From a virus: 64,000 nucleotides of DNA. Under the pieces are notes generated by a model. The model did not search any database. It was not told the DNA's origin and saw only the letters and a program-made list of their open reading frames with translations. Positions 39,745-51,424 of the stretch are shown here, piece by piece; position 1 is the first letter of the stretch, and each line of letters begins with the position of its first letter. The position numbers were made by a program, and so were the translations under genes. Where the stretch lies: positions 4,938 through 68,937 of the IMG/VR virus record IMGVR_UViG_3300032213_001381; one strand, 5' to 3'.

Positions 39745-40364
39745 ATATCAGTGAATTCTATTTCTTGATAAGTAGAAAAATAACTTCCACTAAGTATTAA
39801 ATTTTCATTTCCATCATCTACTATTACATAATTAGAATCATCCTGATCGTCAATTATTGTTACACTATAAGGTGAAATCTTTTCACCAAATTTAATTGTA
39901 GGAATAGTAAATACATCCATTACATCCGTCAAAATTCTGTACGTAGTATCTAAATTGAAATTTTCTACACCCCACAATTGAACTGGATTGTTATAAGTAT
40001 TATAAAATAATTGTTTATTGGTATTATATACTAATCGCATATAAGTGCCATCAGTATTGATTGGATTAGATGCTGAATTATAATATTGATTTCCTACTGG
40101 AAAAAATGTACCTGTAATGTTTAAACCACGATGATATTGAACAAAGTCATCGCTTTGTTGTTGTAATGCTAAATTACAATAACTATTTGTTATAGGTAAA
40201 CTTATACCGTCACCATAATCAATATAAATATGAGATATTGACCCACTTAATGATCCGGACATCCATAATATCAAATCCGTAGCTTCAATATTTGTAGGAT
40301 TCCAGAGTTTTTTAGCAACAAATGGGGTAACTTGGACATCATCTCTATTTAGACTTTTTATCAT
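39741..40364 (-). CDS. Baseplate-region structural protein
   Basis: IP.IKFGEKI.P.S and IVDDGNENL; coupled to its neighbours. Confidence 0.5.
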   Translation of the reverse strand: MIKSLNRDDVQVTPFVAKKLWNPTNIEATDLILWMSGSLSGSISHIYIDYGDGISLPITNSYCNLALQQQSDDFVQYHRGLNITGTFFPVGNQYYNSASNPINTDGTYMRLVYNTNKQLFYNTYNNPVQLWGVENFNLDTTYRILTDVMDVFTIPTIKFGEKISPYSVTIIDDQDDSNYVIVDDGNENLILSGSYFSTYQEIEFTDI

Positions 40365-40376
40365 TTATCCATTAGT

Positions 40377-41483
40377 TTAAAAATCAAGTCTAACTCTAAT
40401 CAACAATTCACTATCAAAAGTTTTTTGTGTTGGTTGACTCAATTTAGCAACAGCTACAAGTTCATTATCACTATCATACAAACCAACCGTAGTAATATAT
40501 GTCGTAGGATTATTTACAAAATCACTAATCTTAATAGAACCTCTTGCTAATACTACACCGTTTAAACTATCAGTAGTACCATTTGCAATGAACGTTGGAT
40601 TATTAGTATAATTGTAATCTTGATTCTTTACTCTTACGAAATATTGAGCAGATGGTAAATATTCAGATTTTCTTACTTTAAATGTCTTGGTAGTACATTT
40701 AGTAATTGCTTGGAACATGGTTCTTTGATTCAATGCGTATGTATTAGTTTGATCAGAAACACTTGCAAATGAACCTGTAAGAGATACACCAACAGATGAA
40801 CTAATTGCACCTGCATTTAATAGGACTGTTCCAGTCTTTGGATAAAATAATCCAATAGAATTATATGTAATTACTCCTGAATTTGAATATGCAGATGGTA
40901 CACCATCATTTACACTACCGCTAATGATATTATAAACATCCAATTGTTTTTTGACTACTGAAGAATCATCAATAAATGTAAATATTCCATTAGCACCACT
41001 AATACTAAATTCAATTTGTCCTTCATCTACACGATCTTTGTATTTATCTGCGGAAAAATTCAATACTACAATACCAGATCCAGTAACAGATGTGGTTGTA
41101 TCAGTGGCTGTAGATACTGTATAATTGCCTGATTTAAAATTGAAATATTTATCATCTGGTGTCAACAATATATTCTTATATTGATTATAAATTGCTTGTG
41201 TTGGACGAATATATAATGATGTTGAATCTGTTATAGAAGAACCAGAACCATAATAATCACCATATGTTATTGAAAAGTGTGGTTGATTTTGATAATATAC
41301 ATTGTAATAATACAACCCATTTTGAACATCATATTGGTTTGAACCAGTCAACACTACTTGAGTAGATGATGTTGTAAAAGATGATTGTGTTACGGCATAA
41401 TTACCGTCAACCCAAAATCCAGAAGAAACTGTATTTATTCTTCCTGCTACTATATCTGTAGATTCAAAGTTTTTAAAAATCAT
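40377..41483 (-). CDS. Baseplate-region structural protein
   Basis: YNYTNNPTF and TYITTVGLYDSDNELVAVAKLSQP...RVRLDF C-terminus, paralogous to that of 37429-39744. Confidence 0.6.
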   Translation of the reverse strand: MIFKNFESTDIVAGRINTVSSGFWVDGNYAVTQSSFTTSSTQVVLTGSNQYDVQNGLYYYNVYYQNQPHFSITYGDYYGSGSSITDSTSLYIRPTQAIYNQYKNILLTPDDKYFNFKSGNYTVSTATDTTTSVTGSGIVVLNFSADKYKDRVDEGQIEFSISGANGIFTFIDDSSVVKKQLDVYNIISGSVNDGVPSAYSNSGVITYNSIGLFYPKTGTVLLNAGAISSSVGVSLTGSFASVSDQTNTYALNQRTMFQAITKCTTKTFKVRKSEYLPSAQYFVRVKNQDYNYTNNPTFIANGTTDSLNGVVLARGSIKISDFVNNPTTYITTVGLYDSDNELVAVAKLSQPTQKTFDSELLIRVRLDF

Positions 41484-41497
41484 ATTTTATTAATCGG

Positions 41498-42127
41498 TTA
41501 AACTGTTATGGTAACTGGAATTGTTAAACTACCACCACTTTCATTTCCAATGATAGTTAATGTTGTAGTTATAGTAGATGTCAAAGCGTTATTTGGTAAG
41601 AATTTAAACTTATTACCAACTACTACTTGAGAAGCAGCAGTTACGGCATCACCAGCAAAACTTGGAACAGTAGCACTTGTAGAATTAATACTATTTGTTT
41701 CTGTTACCAACAATGTTCCTGCATTCTTATTTCCCAATATAGCAGTATATCCTAGTGTTGTATTATATGTTGGATTGGTACTTGGTGAAATTATAAATTC
41801 ACTTGTGTTCAATCTATTGGTTATAATACTTGTTTGTGCGATAGAAATTACTGGAATTGCAGTTACTCCTGATGGCAACGTCACCAACTTGTACTTCATT
41901 ACTTGTGTTTCATCACTAAATGGTTCCAATACTGGTGTGTTTCTTATAGCAATATCATAAAATGCACTACCAAGTGGATGTGTTGAATTGTATAAGTTAT
42001 AATCAATTTCATCATCCGCAAGAGCAAATGATGTAATGTTCAAAGAACCGTTCTTTGCTAACAATTGTCTACCTTTTTGGGTTAAAATCGCATCAACTGT
42101 TATAGTTTTGTTATCTAGATATGCCAT
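41498..42127 (-). CDS. Baseplate-region structural protein
   Basis: DAILTQKGRQLLA...ITSFALADDEIDY, resembling tail-collar/baseplate N-terminal domains. Confidence 0.55.
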   Translation of the reverse strand: MAYLDNKTITVDAILTQKGRQLLAKNGSLNITSFALADDEIDYNLYNSTHPLGSAFYDIAIRNTPVLEPFSDETQVMKYKLVTLPSGVTAIPVISIAQTSIITNRLNTSEFIISPSTNPTYNTTLGYTAILGNKNAGTLLVTETNSINSTSATVPSFAGDAVTAASQVVVGNKFKFLPNNALTSTITTTLTIIGNESGGSLTIPVTITV

Positions 42128-42173
42128 ATAATATAAGTATATTTATCAATAAATATTATTCATTAAATCTTTT

Positions 42174-45100
42174 TTATGAACTAATCAATGAATTTTCAGA
42201 AACTTGTAGATTTATTTGAGTTCTTTCAATTGGTGACGAATTATCACTATTGCCTTTATCATCTACAGTTGTATATATAGTTTGACTAGATTTTTTATAA
42301 AGTGATCCAGTTGAAGAATTAACGAAATATTGATTGGTTGAAAATCTTGAGATTCTTCTTTTCAATGAATAATGTCCTATAGGGTATGATTCAGTATCAA
42401 AAATAGAAGAATTATTGTCATATGTATTAAATAAAGATGCTGAATTAACATTTACATAAGAATAAGTATTTACAAATTTACTGCTAGAATTTTCTAAACT
42501 GGTATTTGGATTTGTACCAAACAAATACACTTTTTTGTTGTTTCTATAAATATAATTACTTTCAAATTTATTAGAAAATGAACCACTAATAGAAAATACA
42601 CTCAATCTCGTATCATAATTCAAACTAGAGAACTGGAATGTTGTATAGTTATTAGATGTATATGATGCGGGATGCATTGATGATGTCAATGGACCATATG
42701 TAGAAGAAGTAAATGGAAAATTTGATCCATTTTTACTTAAATTAACTTGACTTGTGCTTCTATAATTTCTTTCAAACGAAGCAGAAAAATTTCTAAGTGG
42801 TTGATAATAACTGTTTAAATCATATGCAATAGCGCTATCAATTGGATGACTTTGATATTTGTTTCTTTCTAAAAGACTTGGTTCAATTAATACACCATCT
42901 ATAACTTTACTTCTTGCAGGAAGCAATTGTGTTACTGTTTCAAAGAAAGATCCATCAAAATAATTCTTATATAGAGTCATAAACTCCTGATATAAGACTT
43001 GTTCAGATAAATTATACTTGTTATAATTGTCTCTTAATGTTTGTAAATTTTCATAATTGTCAGTAAAAATGTTTGAAGGATTACCGATTAAATCCATTAT
43101 ATCATATTCACCTAAGAAATTCAAAATATCATCATCTCTTACTTTAAATGGTGAAATATAAACTGCCAATAAATTTGAATCTGTAGTTACTAAGTTGTTT
43201 ACAACACTAGTTTCATTAGGCATTAATCTTGCTTCAACCGTTTGTGTTGCTTTATTAATCTTTACATTCTTAAATTTATTAGGACCATATTGTCCCAATT
43301 TAATGTTTTGATTAATTTCAATTTCATCAAATTGATATGGATAGAGTGATGCAGATACAGTTAAACAATTTGATTGTGTAGTAGTATTTTGTGCAAAGTT
43401 ATAAGCCGATCCTGTATATTGTGAATATAATTTATTTGCATTTCTTACAGGAAAGAATGCAGGTGCAGAGCCAGTGTACATATTAACTGGATAATCATAA
43501 CTGTATCTAAAATACAAGTTATCATACGTTGTACTATCATTGTTTGTTTTATAAGAATCAAAATTCTTACAATGTTCTATAAATGATTCGTCATCCAATT
43601 CATGTTTCCATAGATTTATTTTGTCAATATTTCCTTGGAATAAATTGCCACCGCCTGTATAATTTCCTACATAAAGTAAACCAAAACTATTAAATGATTC
43701 ATTGATTCCTTCGGTTCCACTAATGATTGATTTATTATCATCAAATACAATTTCATCATTATCAACTGATGTTACTCTCAATGAATATTGATATGGTAAT
43801 TGTCCGCCCGAACCAGTATCATAACTTGCAGATAAGTTAATTTGTTTTATTAAAACATTGAATACATTTCCATTAAATAATGGTAAAGAATCACTTTCAA
43901 TATAATCAGTTGGTGCTCCCGCCGGCGATAAATCAAATTTTAATTTTCCAAAAGTATCTTTAATTTCCTTTTTGATTGATACATCCCAATTAGTAGTCTT
44001 TAAAAGAGTGACTTTAGTATTTTGTGGGTAAATATAATCACTATCAATTCTAAATTTGAATTCTATTGAATTGACATAACTTGATGTACCAAATACTGGT
44101 ATTATTATCGCATCACCATTTCTAGTATATTTTGTAAAGTAATACTTACTTTGATATGTGTAAGAGGAATTATCTTCATCAGATATCTTATTACCACCAT
44201 ATTCTTTAACATTTAATAAACTACGAGGAATTCCATATATGTTGGATATTGTTCTAATACATTCTTCTGTTCCCTTAGTTTTATAAATCAGTGGAAGAGT
44301 TTTTAGAATTCTATTCCAAATTATCTTTAACTTGTCATAATCAGAATATGTATTTGAACCCGTCAAATAATTAGCTTCAATAGATGAATTGTCAAATGAA
44401 CTAATTGGATTCCATCCAAATTGTTGTAATAAAGTATTAGCAACTGTACTTACATAACTTGATGATAGATTATTTTCAACATATTGTTGTGTTGGAAAGT
44501 TCTTAATATACAAGTAAATGTTATCAAAGTGATGTCCAATCATTGATAAGAATATCAAATAATCAGTATTGTTATCATCCAATAAAATATACTCAGGTGT
44601 ATTGTTTACAAGACTATCTCTGTTATTCTTATCAAATTCAATTGCATTTTCAATATAATCTGGATAATTGTAGTTTTGTACATATGCACCACTAACAAAT
44701 GATGTTGTACTACCACTAACCAAAGTAATATTTTGATACAAATATGAATCATATCCATCAAATGAATTAAATATAGTATTTAATTGTGATTGATATTGAT
44801 TTACTTCTTCTGCATATGATGCACTAATAAATGGATATGAAGTTAATAGTGTATAAGATGACGCACTATTCGCTGCAGATGCGGATAGAGTAGTCAATAT
44901 AGAATTAATTGACTTATTGAGTTGATTAATAGAGGTTACTTTGTTTAAAAATAACTTGGTTCTTAATTCAGCTGAACTAAATACTATAAAGTTAGAAAAA
45001 TTTGAATAATCAACATTGATATTATTTAATTTCTTATAAAATTCAACATCATTCTTCGTTGTATTATCTAATTTTAGATCATTCGAATTTTGATAATTTA

Positions 45101-46409
45101 CGGGAGAACTCTTATATGAATCAGTTGGTATTTTGAAATTTGGACCAGATATTTTAAAAGTTCTTTTAACAATTGGAACATTGATTACAAACTTTTGAAT
45201 TACTGGTATAAGTGATATATTTGAAATCCAACATTTGTCTCTTAAAGAAACATTTAATGGTAGTTCATCAAATAATTTTACAATAATATTTGTATTACCA
45301 TCTTCTTCTACGAATGTATAATTTAATACAGTATAAAATGTATCATTGCCAAAATTTAATGCATTCTTCAAATATGCATACAACTTATTATTATGATAAA
45401 CTTGAACAGTATCAACTACATTTAAAATAAAATTTGTAAAGAATAAATCAGTGATGAAATTCTCAACTTGTGTTGTCAATTCGATATTATTTGTATAATA
45501 TGAATTGAGTTGATTCAATCTAATTGATATTGACTTTTGAACTATATACTTAAATTGTGTCTTAATCTGTTCAAATGAATAAATTGATTTATAATAAGTA
45601 TATAACCAATCCTTAATATAATTTTTTGTACCTTCAAAACTATTTTCTATTAATTGTCCATTTTGAGAATTTACGTAAGGACGATTAAATCCGTTATAAG
45701 TATCATCTAAAAATGCAAGTATATCTGCATCAGATTTAAATCCAAAATTAGTTCTTAATAGTGTAAAAATTGGTTTGTTGTTATTAATTAAAGAATCACT
45801 ATTTTTATAGATTTGGTATGAATCTAAAAAGTAATTAAATAAAGGAATTGTATCTCTAATTAATACTGCTTTTCTGGCAAATGCTTGATATTGAAGATTT
45901 ACAAGTATATTTTCTTCTTTTGTTAAATCTAATTTAAATGATGGTGTTAATTTAATTTCTTTTCTACTTGGAGAAATTTCTTTAATGTAAAGTTGATAAT
46001 CAGGATTACCACCAACATTTCTAATAAAATTATAACTTGCAACATGATTTCCAGAATTAATATTTGACCCGGAAAAATCTTGGAGTGTACTTAATAATAT
46101 ATTTTTATTAAATGCAATCGTATAACTGCTATTGTATTGTTTGTAACTATAAGTTAGTGTATTATTATCAACATCTCTATATGTTTTATTTAATACTGTA
46201 TATGTTGTTGACACCGGCAAGTATTTCCATACATTGATATTGCCTTCAATGTCATATACACTGAATTCAATAATATCTTGTTCCGAATTTCCAAAATAAT
46301 ATTCTTGAAATGGTACATCAACAAATGTATCCAAATCGTTTTGTAAAAAGTAAGAACCACTATTTAGTGATCCACTATTTGATGATATTGTTGGAAATGG
46401 AAATGCCAT
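42174..46409 (-). CDS. Large baseplate wedge-like protein with a LamG-like region
   Basis: 1411 aa; IKEISPSRKEI, LIYKTKGT..CIR..YGIP...EYGG, FQGNIDKINLW and GVLIEPSLLERNK. Confidence 0.55.
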   Translation of the reverse strand: MAFPFPTISSNSGSLNSGSYFLQNDLDTFVDVPFQEYYFGNSEQDIIEFSVYDIEGNINVWKYLPVSTTYTVLNKTYRDVDNNTLTYSYKQYNSSYTIAFNKNILLSTLQDFSGSNINSGNHVASYNFIRNVGGNPDYQLYIKEISPSRKEIKLTPSFKLDLTKEENILVNLQYQAFARKAVLIRDTIPLFNYFLDSYQIYKNSDSLINNNKPIFTLLRTNFGFKSDADILAFLDDTYNGFNRPYVNSQNGQLIENSFEGTKNYIKDWLYTYYKSIYSFEQIKTQFKYIVQKSISIRLNQLNSYYTNNIELTTQVENFITDLFFTNFILNVVDTVQVYHNNKLYAYLKNALNFGNDTFYTVLNYTFVEEDGNTNIIVKLFDELPLNVSLRDKCWISNISLIPVIQKFVINVPIVKRTFKISGPNFKIPTDSYKSSPVNYQNSNDLKLDNTTKNDVEFYKKLNNINVDYSNFSNFIVFSSAELRTKLFLNKVTSINQLNKSINSILTTLSASAANSASSYTLLTSYPFISASYAEEVNQYQSQLNTIFNSFDGYDSYLYQNITLVSGSTTSFVSGAYVQNYNYPDYIENAIEFDKNNRDSLVNNTPEYILLDDNNTDYLIFLSMIGHHFDNIYLYIKNFPTQQYVENNLSSSYVSTVANTLLQQFGWNPISSFDNSSIEANYLTGSNTYSDYDKLKIIWNRILKTLPLIYKTKGTEECIRTISNIYGIPRSLLNVKEYGGNKISDEDNSSYTYQSKYYFTKYTRNGDAIIIPVFGTSSYVNSIEFKFRIDSDYIYPQNTKVTLLKTTNWDVSIKKEIKDTFGKLKFDLSPAGAPTDYIESDSLPLFNGNVFNVLIKQINLSASYDTGSGGQLPYQYSLRVTSVDNDEIVFDDNKSIISGTEGINESFNSFGLLYVGNYTGGGNLFQGNIDKINLWKHELDDESFIEHCKNFDSYKTNNDSTTYDNLYFRYSYDYPVNMYTGSAPAFFPVRNANKLYSQYTGSAYNFAQNTTTQSNCLTVSASLYPYQFDEIEINQNIKLGQYGPNKFKNVKINKATQTVEARLMPNETSVVNNLVTTDSNLLAVYISPFKVRDDDILNFLGEYDIMDLIGNPSNIFTDNYENLQTLRDNYNKYNLSEQVLYQEFMTLYKNYFDGSFFETVTQLLPARSKVIDGVLIEPSLLERNKYQSHPIDSAIAYDLNSYYQPLRNFSASFERNYRSTSQVNLSKNGSNFPFTSSTYGPLTSSMHPASYTSNNYTTFQFSSLNYDTRLSVFSISGSFSNKFESNYIYRNNKKVYLFGTNPNTSLENSSSKFVNTYSYVNVNSASLFNTYDNNSSIFDTESYPIGHYSLKRRISRFSTNQYFVNSSTGSLYKKSSQTIYTTVDDKGNSDNSSPIERTQINLQVSENSLISS

Positions 46410-46412
46410 AAA

Positions 46413-46865
46413 TTATTCATTTTCAGATTTTAAATTAAATGGAAATTCATTAGAAAAATCCTCTGGTTTATTTCCTTGTTTTAATTTAATTCTTAATTCT
46501 ACTATTAAATCTCTTGCCGCACTTAATTGTGATTTAGATGGATCTGATTGTACTTCATCAACCAATTGATTTAATTTTTCTTTCAAATCTTGGTTTTCAT
46601 ACAATACTTTATTATATTCTGTTAAGAAAGATTGATCAAATACTTGTTTTTGAACTATAGGTTCTGTTTGTATTTCTGTAATACCTACATCGTATAAATT
46701 TTCAATTTCCTCTTTTTTATAATTAAAATTTATCAATTCAAATGCAATATATTGTTCATTTGCGTTACTTGAACTAATATACAAATTTACATTGCCAAAT
46801 TCATCAATATTATTAGTGAATTGGCCTGTTAATAAAAAGTCATTGATTTGTGATTTTATACTCAT
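46413..46865 (-). CDS. Hypothetical coiled-coil protein
   Basis: 150-aa ORF coupled within the baseplate operon. Confidence 0.55.
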   Translation of the reverse strand: MSIKSQINDFLLTGQFTNNIDEFGNVNLYISSSNANEQYIAFELINFNYKKEEIENLYDVGITEIQTEPIVQKQVFDQSFLTEYNKVLYENQDLKEKLNQLVDEVQSDPSKSQLSAARDLIVELRIKLKQGNKPEDFSNEFPFNLKSENE

Positions 46866-48487
46866 CTTGATACTTTAAATATATTTCCGTTATCAAATAT
46901 TACGATTTCACCGTTAATTTCTGTTTTTATTAAAATTCTGTAATATCTTTCAACAGGCAAACCAGTTGTATCTAATCTGAAATAATGAATCACACCATCA
47001 CAACTTAATTTTGTGTAATCATCAAAATCAATTACGAAATTTTCACTCTCATTATCTTTAATCGCATAATAAGAATCAGAAGGTAATAAACTTGAACTTA
47101 AATATTGACTTTGTTGATATCCTTTAACAAAGTTCTTTAGTGGTGCCTTTTCTCTCGCAAATATGTTTATACGAGGTATACTTCCAAATTTATACTCTCT
47201 ACCCACATTCTTAACAACTACTGTATATGGATTAAATCCTGTTAATGCTATTAAACTACCTGATGAGTATATACTGTCATCCCATTTTACATCCAAATAT
47301 GGTTGATAAATTGTATTTGTTTCTTTACTAAAGAATCTAATACTAGAATTTATGTCATTAGATTGAATCAATTCAAGAGAACTAATCAAAATAAATCCGT
47401 TATTTGGCACACATCCACATATCCAACCTTTAACAATTGGTGTAACATCCATATAAATATCGGAAGTACTATAAGAATATGATTGTGAACATATTAATGA
47501 ACTGCCACTTAATGACGACGAACAAAACGAAGATATATAAACAGACGAACTTAAAGTATTATAAAATGATGATGATGTATTTGATGTTGGTTGTGAATAT
47601 GTTGATGGTACATTATAAAACCAAGTAGCTCCACCATTTTGAAATGATGATGATCCAAAACTTGAAGTTAATAAATAATCACTAAAATTATATGTTACTG
47701 AAGATGCTGTAGGTGAATACCATAAACTAGCTGTATTTTGTGTAGTATTATAATACCAACTAGCCCCGAAACTACCAATTCCGTCCGTATCATATCTTCC
47801 TATACCCATATCCCAACTCTTACTAACTGGATATGCATAAATTTTATAGTCCAATGGCACTTCACTTGTAGAAGACGCTTTTAATTTTAAGAAAAATTTA
47901 GATCCATTATTTATATCACCTGACAAAAGAGAACTTGAAATTGAAGCTAAATCAAATTGAATCAAAATTCTACTAAATTCAGGATCATTTGTAAAATTTG
48001 TTGTTGGGTTATAAACACTTTGAGTTCCTTGTAACAATCCATTTATACATCCATCAAAATTAACCAATGATCCACTAGCAGATAAAAATGATCCAGTGAA
48101 TGATCCTATTATACTTCCACTGATACTGCCAGTAATAGAACCATTATAATTGGTTAAACTTGATGTTATTGGAATACCTGCACCATATGTTCCAGATACA
48201 TATCCATTATAATTAGTTGATTTAAATTGGGATGATCCACTGACAAATATGTTTGATGATTCTGCAGCTCCTGATATATAACTTCCAGAAACTGTTCCGT
48301 TATAATTTATAACATCAAATGTAGAATAACTTCCAGAAAGACTAGAAGAACTATAAAAAACAACGTTTTCTACTAATTGATTTTGTGCTTTTAATTCTAA
48401 AATTTCGTCAATTCCAAAATTTTTATCGGCATAACCAGTTTCGTTAGTTATGAATGTGTCTTGTTTTGGAAATATAAATGTGTGCAT
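46862..48487 (-). CDS. Virion structural protein (DNRLRE-like beta domain)
   Basis: KDTFI..., NFGIDEILEL, SRILIQFDL, NNGFIL and FFSKET..IYQPYLDVKWDD; SGS-rich insert. Confidence 0.55.
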   Translation of the reverse strand: MHTFIFPKQDTFITNETGYADKNFGIDEILELKAQNQLVENVVFYSSSSLSGSYSTFDVINYNGTVSGSYISGAAESSNIFVSGSSQFKSTNYNGYVSGTYGAGIPITSSLTNYNGSITGSISGSIIGSFTGSFLSASGSLVNFDGCINGLLQGTQSVYNPTTNFTNDPEFSRILIQFDLASISSSLLSGDINNGSKFFLKLKASSTSEVPLDYKIYAYPVSKSWDMGIGRYDTDGIGSFGASWYYNTTQNTASLWYSPTASSVTYNFSDYLLTSSFGSSSFQNGGATWFYNVPSTYSQPTSNTSSSFYNTLSSSVYISSFCSSSLSGSSLICSQSYSYSTSDIYMDVTPIVKGWICGCVPNNGFILISSLELIQSNDINSSIRFFSKETNTIYQPYLDVKWDDSIYSSGSLIALTGFNPYTVVVKNVGREYKFGSIPRINIFAREKAPLKNFVKGYQQSQYLSSSLLPSDSYYAIKDNESENFVIDFDDYTKLSCDGVIHYFRLDTTGLPVERYYRILIKTEINGEIVIFDNGNIFKVSR

Positions 48488-48542
48488 ACTCTATTATATA
48501 AATATAAGTATGAAATTTATAAGACTTTTAATGATAAATTTA

Positions 48543-50525
48543 TTAAATTACTGCACCTCTGATATCATTATCTGGATATTTGACTTCAAATACTGACGGA
48601 TCTAATGATGGATATATAATCTTATTGTGTGTTGCTTCAAATAAATTGTATTCATGTGGTGAATATTCACCATCATTTTGAGTAAGATTTTTAAATGTTA
48701 CTTCCGCAACAGATTGTACTCCTTCAATTTTAGCTAATTCCAATTCAAATTGATTAATGTTGATTGGTTGATTAAAATACCACTTATCAATATTAAAGAA
48801 ATCTTTGGCCTTTTGAAGACATTGATCCAAAACTTCTTTTTTATTGAAATTATTATAAACTAAAATCTTAAAATCAACACCGATGTTAATAATATAACCG
48901 TCAATTATATTAACACTATCTGATATAATCTTATATTTTTGTAAATATTGTCTAATGTTGTATACCAACGCTTCGTTGGTTTGTGTCAAATTTTTGTTTG
49001 AATTGTAACTCAAAACATATAAATTCAAACTAAATGGATTTGATACATCGAAATTTACTTTTCTATAATTATTTTCCAAACTATTATTGATTAAAGTTGT
49101 TTGATTTTCGTTGTTTACAAATCCACTTAATAATGTTTGATTTGTTGAAATTGATAAATCAGAATTTGGAATTACCATTACTTTTGCAATAGAACCAAAT
49201 CTTGGTGGTATTGAATATACTCTAGAAACATAATCATCTACTGTTACTGTTCTATTTTGTGAACCAAAATTAGCCAAAGCATTTTGTCTTATTTCTTCTA
49301 CACTTTCTTCATTTTGTCCACCAACTGCAGGATTTGGATTAGATATTCTCAATGAATTTTTAACTGTAGTTAATAAAGAATTTTGAGACGGAGTTAAACC
49401 TGTAGTATCATTAAGATATGTTACTGAAGATATATTTTTGATGGTATCAGATGGAGAATTTGATAATATTCCGCCACCAACCAAATATTGTACAGTCAAT
49501 ACCGTATTAGAAGGTGCTTGTCCAAATGTTTCTGAATTTAACAATTTACTGGTATCATAATTTAAATTCAAATTATTGATATTTTGCAATCCTACACCAA
49601 CCAATTCGGAATTTGGATAAATTACTTCGTCAGAAGTCGCATCTGTACCAGCACCAAATTCAAGATATGTTACATTATTTGCAGTAACATTTGTCACAAA
49701 CTTTCTAGATGTTTTAAAACTTTTAATTAACTTTGGAACTTCGGCTGAATATTGAACATAAGTATTATTAGTAAAATCCGTATTTTCAGTTTCGGTAAAG
49801 ATTAAATCTTGAGCCAAATAATCAACTTCATACCACTTATTATTATCACTGTCTCTTACATCAATTATATCAATAACATTAAGTTCAGAAAATGATATTT
49901 TATAAAATGGTACTGCAGTTCCTACTGTAAATGATTTAGTTGTAATTTTACCTGCAATTACTTTTACTGATTTCTTTAATAAGAAAAATTGTGGTACACC
50001 ATAATTATCTCTTGAATATACAGTTACTTCTCTAGGAGAAAATTTACTATCAAGAGAAAAATCAACAGGATCAGTTGTAATGAAACTTACACCACTTTCA
50101 TTTGACACTTCCATATACTCTCTTATTTTAAGAGCATAGTTGTTATCCGGAATGTAATTATTATTAGAATCTTTAGTAGATGGAATTAATTGATATAAAT
50201 CAATGTTTGTAGTAGCAGATTTAGTTGGTTTTGTTTTATATCCAAGATAGTTTGCTAATGCAAGAACATTCTTTCTTTCTTCTGCATATGGCATTAAACT
50301 TTCTTTAAATTGATAATCAGTATAATATGATAGAACATCTCCTATGTAAGATGCCATTTCAATAAACATCATACCAGGAGATGCTTCACTAAAATCTTTA
50401 TATGTTCTTGGAAAGTATGTTTTTGAATACTCAATTAAAGATGATTTAAAAGAAGAAAAGTCTCTATTAAGATACTTAATTTCTCTACGGGAACTATTAA
50501 AAGACTTTTGTATAATGTCTGCCAT
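48543..50525 (-). CDS. gp6: Baseplate wedge subunit (T4 gp6-like)
   Basis: YLNRDFSSFK, MFIEMASYIGDVLSYY, LGYK, AVGGQNEESVEEIR and QNRTVTVDDY. Confidence 0.85.
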   Translation of the reverse strand: MADIIQKSFNSSRREIKYLNRDFSSFKSSLIEYSKTYFPRTYKDFSEASPGMMFIEMASYIGDVLSYYTDYQFKESLMPYAEERKNVLALANYLGYKTKPTKSATTNIDLYQLIPSTKDSNNNYIPDNNYALKIREYMEVSNESGVSFITTDPVDFSLDSKFSPREVTVYSRDNYGVPQFFLLKKSVKVIAGKITTKSFTVGTAVPFYKISFSELNVIDIIDVRDSDNNKWYEVDYLAQDLIFTETENTDFTNNTYVQYSAEVPKLIKSFKTSRKFVTNVTANNVTYLEFGAGTDATSDEVIYPNSELVGVGLQNINNLNLNYDTSKLLNSETFGQAPSNTVLTVQYLVGGGILSNSPSDTIKNISSVTYLNDTTGLTPSQNSLLTTVKNSLRISNPNPAVGGQNEESVEEIRQNALANFGSQNRTVTVDDYVSRVYSIPPRFGSIAKVMVIPNSDLSISTNQTLLSGFVNNENQTTLINNSLENNYRKVNFDVSNPFSLNLYVLSYNSNKNLTQTNEALVYNIRQYLQKYKIISDSVNIIDGYIINIGVDFKILVYNNFNKKEVLDQCLQKAKDFFNIDKWYFNQPININQFELELAKIEGVQSVAEVTFKNLTQNDGEYSPHEYNLFEATHNKIIYPSLDPSVFEVKYPDNDIRGAVI

Positions 50526-50527
50526 AA

Positions 50528-50923
50528 TTATATATTATTTTGACTAATTCTCAAACTAACAGTATCAGTTTGATTATTAATCGTAAATTGTATTTTTATA
50601 TATAATATATAACTATCTGTAAGTTTATTTTTTTCTTGATTTGCTATATTAATATCCACTTTATTTACTGTTACGCCTGGCACATAATTTTTAACTTCAT
50701 CAGTTATAATCTGTTTTATTATATCAGGAGATTCATCTATATTTTGTTCAAATAGATATTCTTGTAAACCAGATCCAAAATTAGGATTCATCCGTCTTTC
50801 CCCTTTTTTGGTTCTTAACAAATTAGTAATATTGGCTTTTACCTGAGTTAAAGTATCATAACTCTGTTGAAAATATCCATTTTTACCAATCTGAAATGGT
50901 AATGTAAGTCCTATTGGATTCAT
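50528..50923 (-). CDS. gp25: Baseplate wedge / sheath initiator (gp25-like)
   Basis: NLLRTKKGERRMNPNFGSGL..YLFE GPW/gp25 motif. Confidence 0.9.
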   Translation of the reverse strand: MNPIGLTLPFQIGKNGYFQQSYDTLTQVKANITNLLRTKKGERRMNPNFGSGLQEYLFEQNIDESPDIIKQIITDEVKNYVPGVTVNKVDINIANQEKNKLTDSYILYIKIQFTINNQTDTVSLRISQNNI

Positions 50924-50924
50924 A

Positions 50925-51407
50925 TTATCCCATTGATACCATACCAGAACCTAAAGTTCCATGTTGTTTCTTTTTATCTACAGCTTTCATTAAACTTCTA
51001 AAGTCTCTATTAAGAACATTCATTACTTTACCTTGTTCTTCAGTTACAGGAGCAGCTTGTTGTGGTGTTTCAACCGATTCATTCATCCTCATACCTGCAA
51101 ATGCTTGTGATTTAAAAGATGAATCAAGTCCAGCCATTGAACCTTCACTTGGTATTTTTACAACAGTTTGATTCAAAATTTCATTTAAAACTGGATTACT
51201 TGAATATTTCTTAACTTCTTTTGGCTTTTGAACTGATTCTTTAACTACATTTTTAGTTAAATTTGTTGGTTCAGTAGATTGAATTACACTTGATTGATTT
51301 CCTGACAATATCTCAGTCAATACTTTTGGAATTAAAGTAGGTAATGTTTTATTTAACTCTTCTTTAATTACAGATCTAATTAGTTCTTTTAATTCATTGC
51401 TTTTCAT
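50925..51407 (-). CDS. Hypothetical protein
   Basis: MKSNELKELIRSVIKEEL leader, NPVLNEILNQT and RDFRSLMKA. Confidence 0.6.
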   Translation of the reverse strand: MKSNELKELIRSVIKEELNKTLPTLIPKVLTEILSGNQSSVIQSTEPTNLTKNVVKESVQKPKEVKKYSSNPVLNEILNQTVVKIPSEGSMAGLDSSFKSQAFAGMRMNESVETPQQAAPVTEEQGKVMNVLNRDFRSLMKAVDKKKQHGTLGSGMVSMG

Positions 51408-51424
51408 ACTCTATATAATTATCA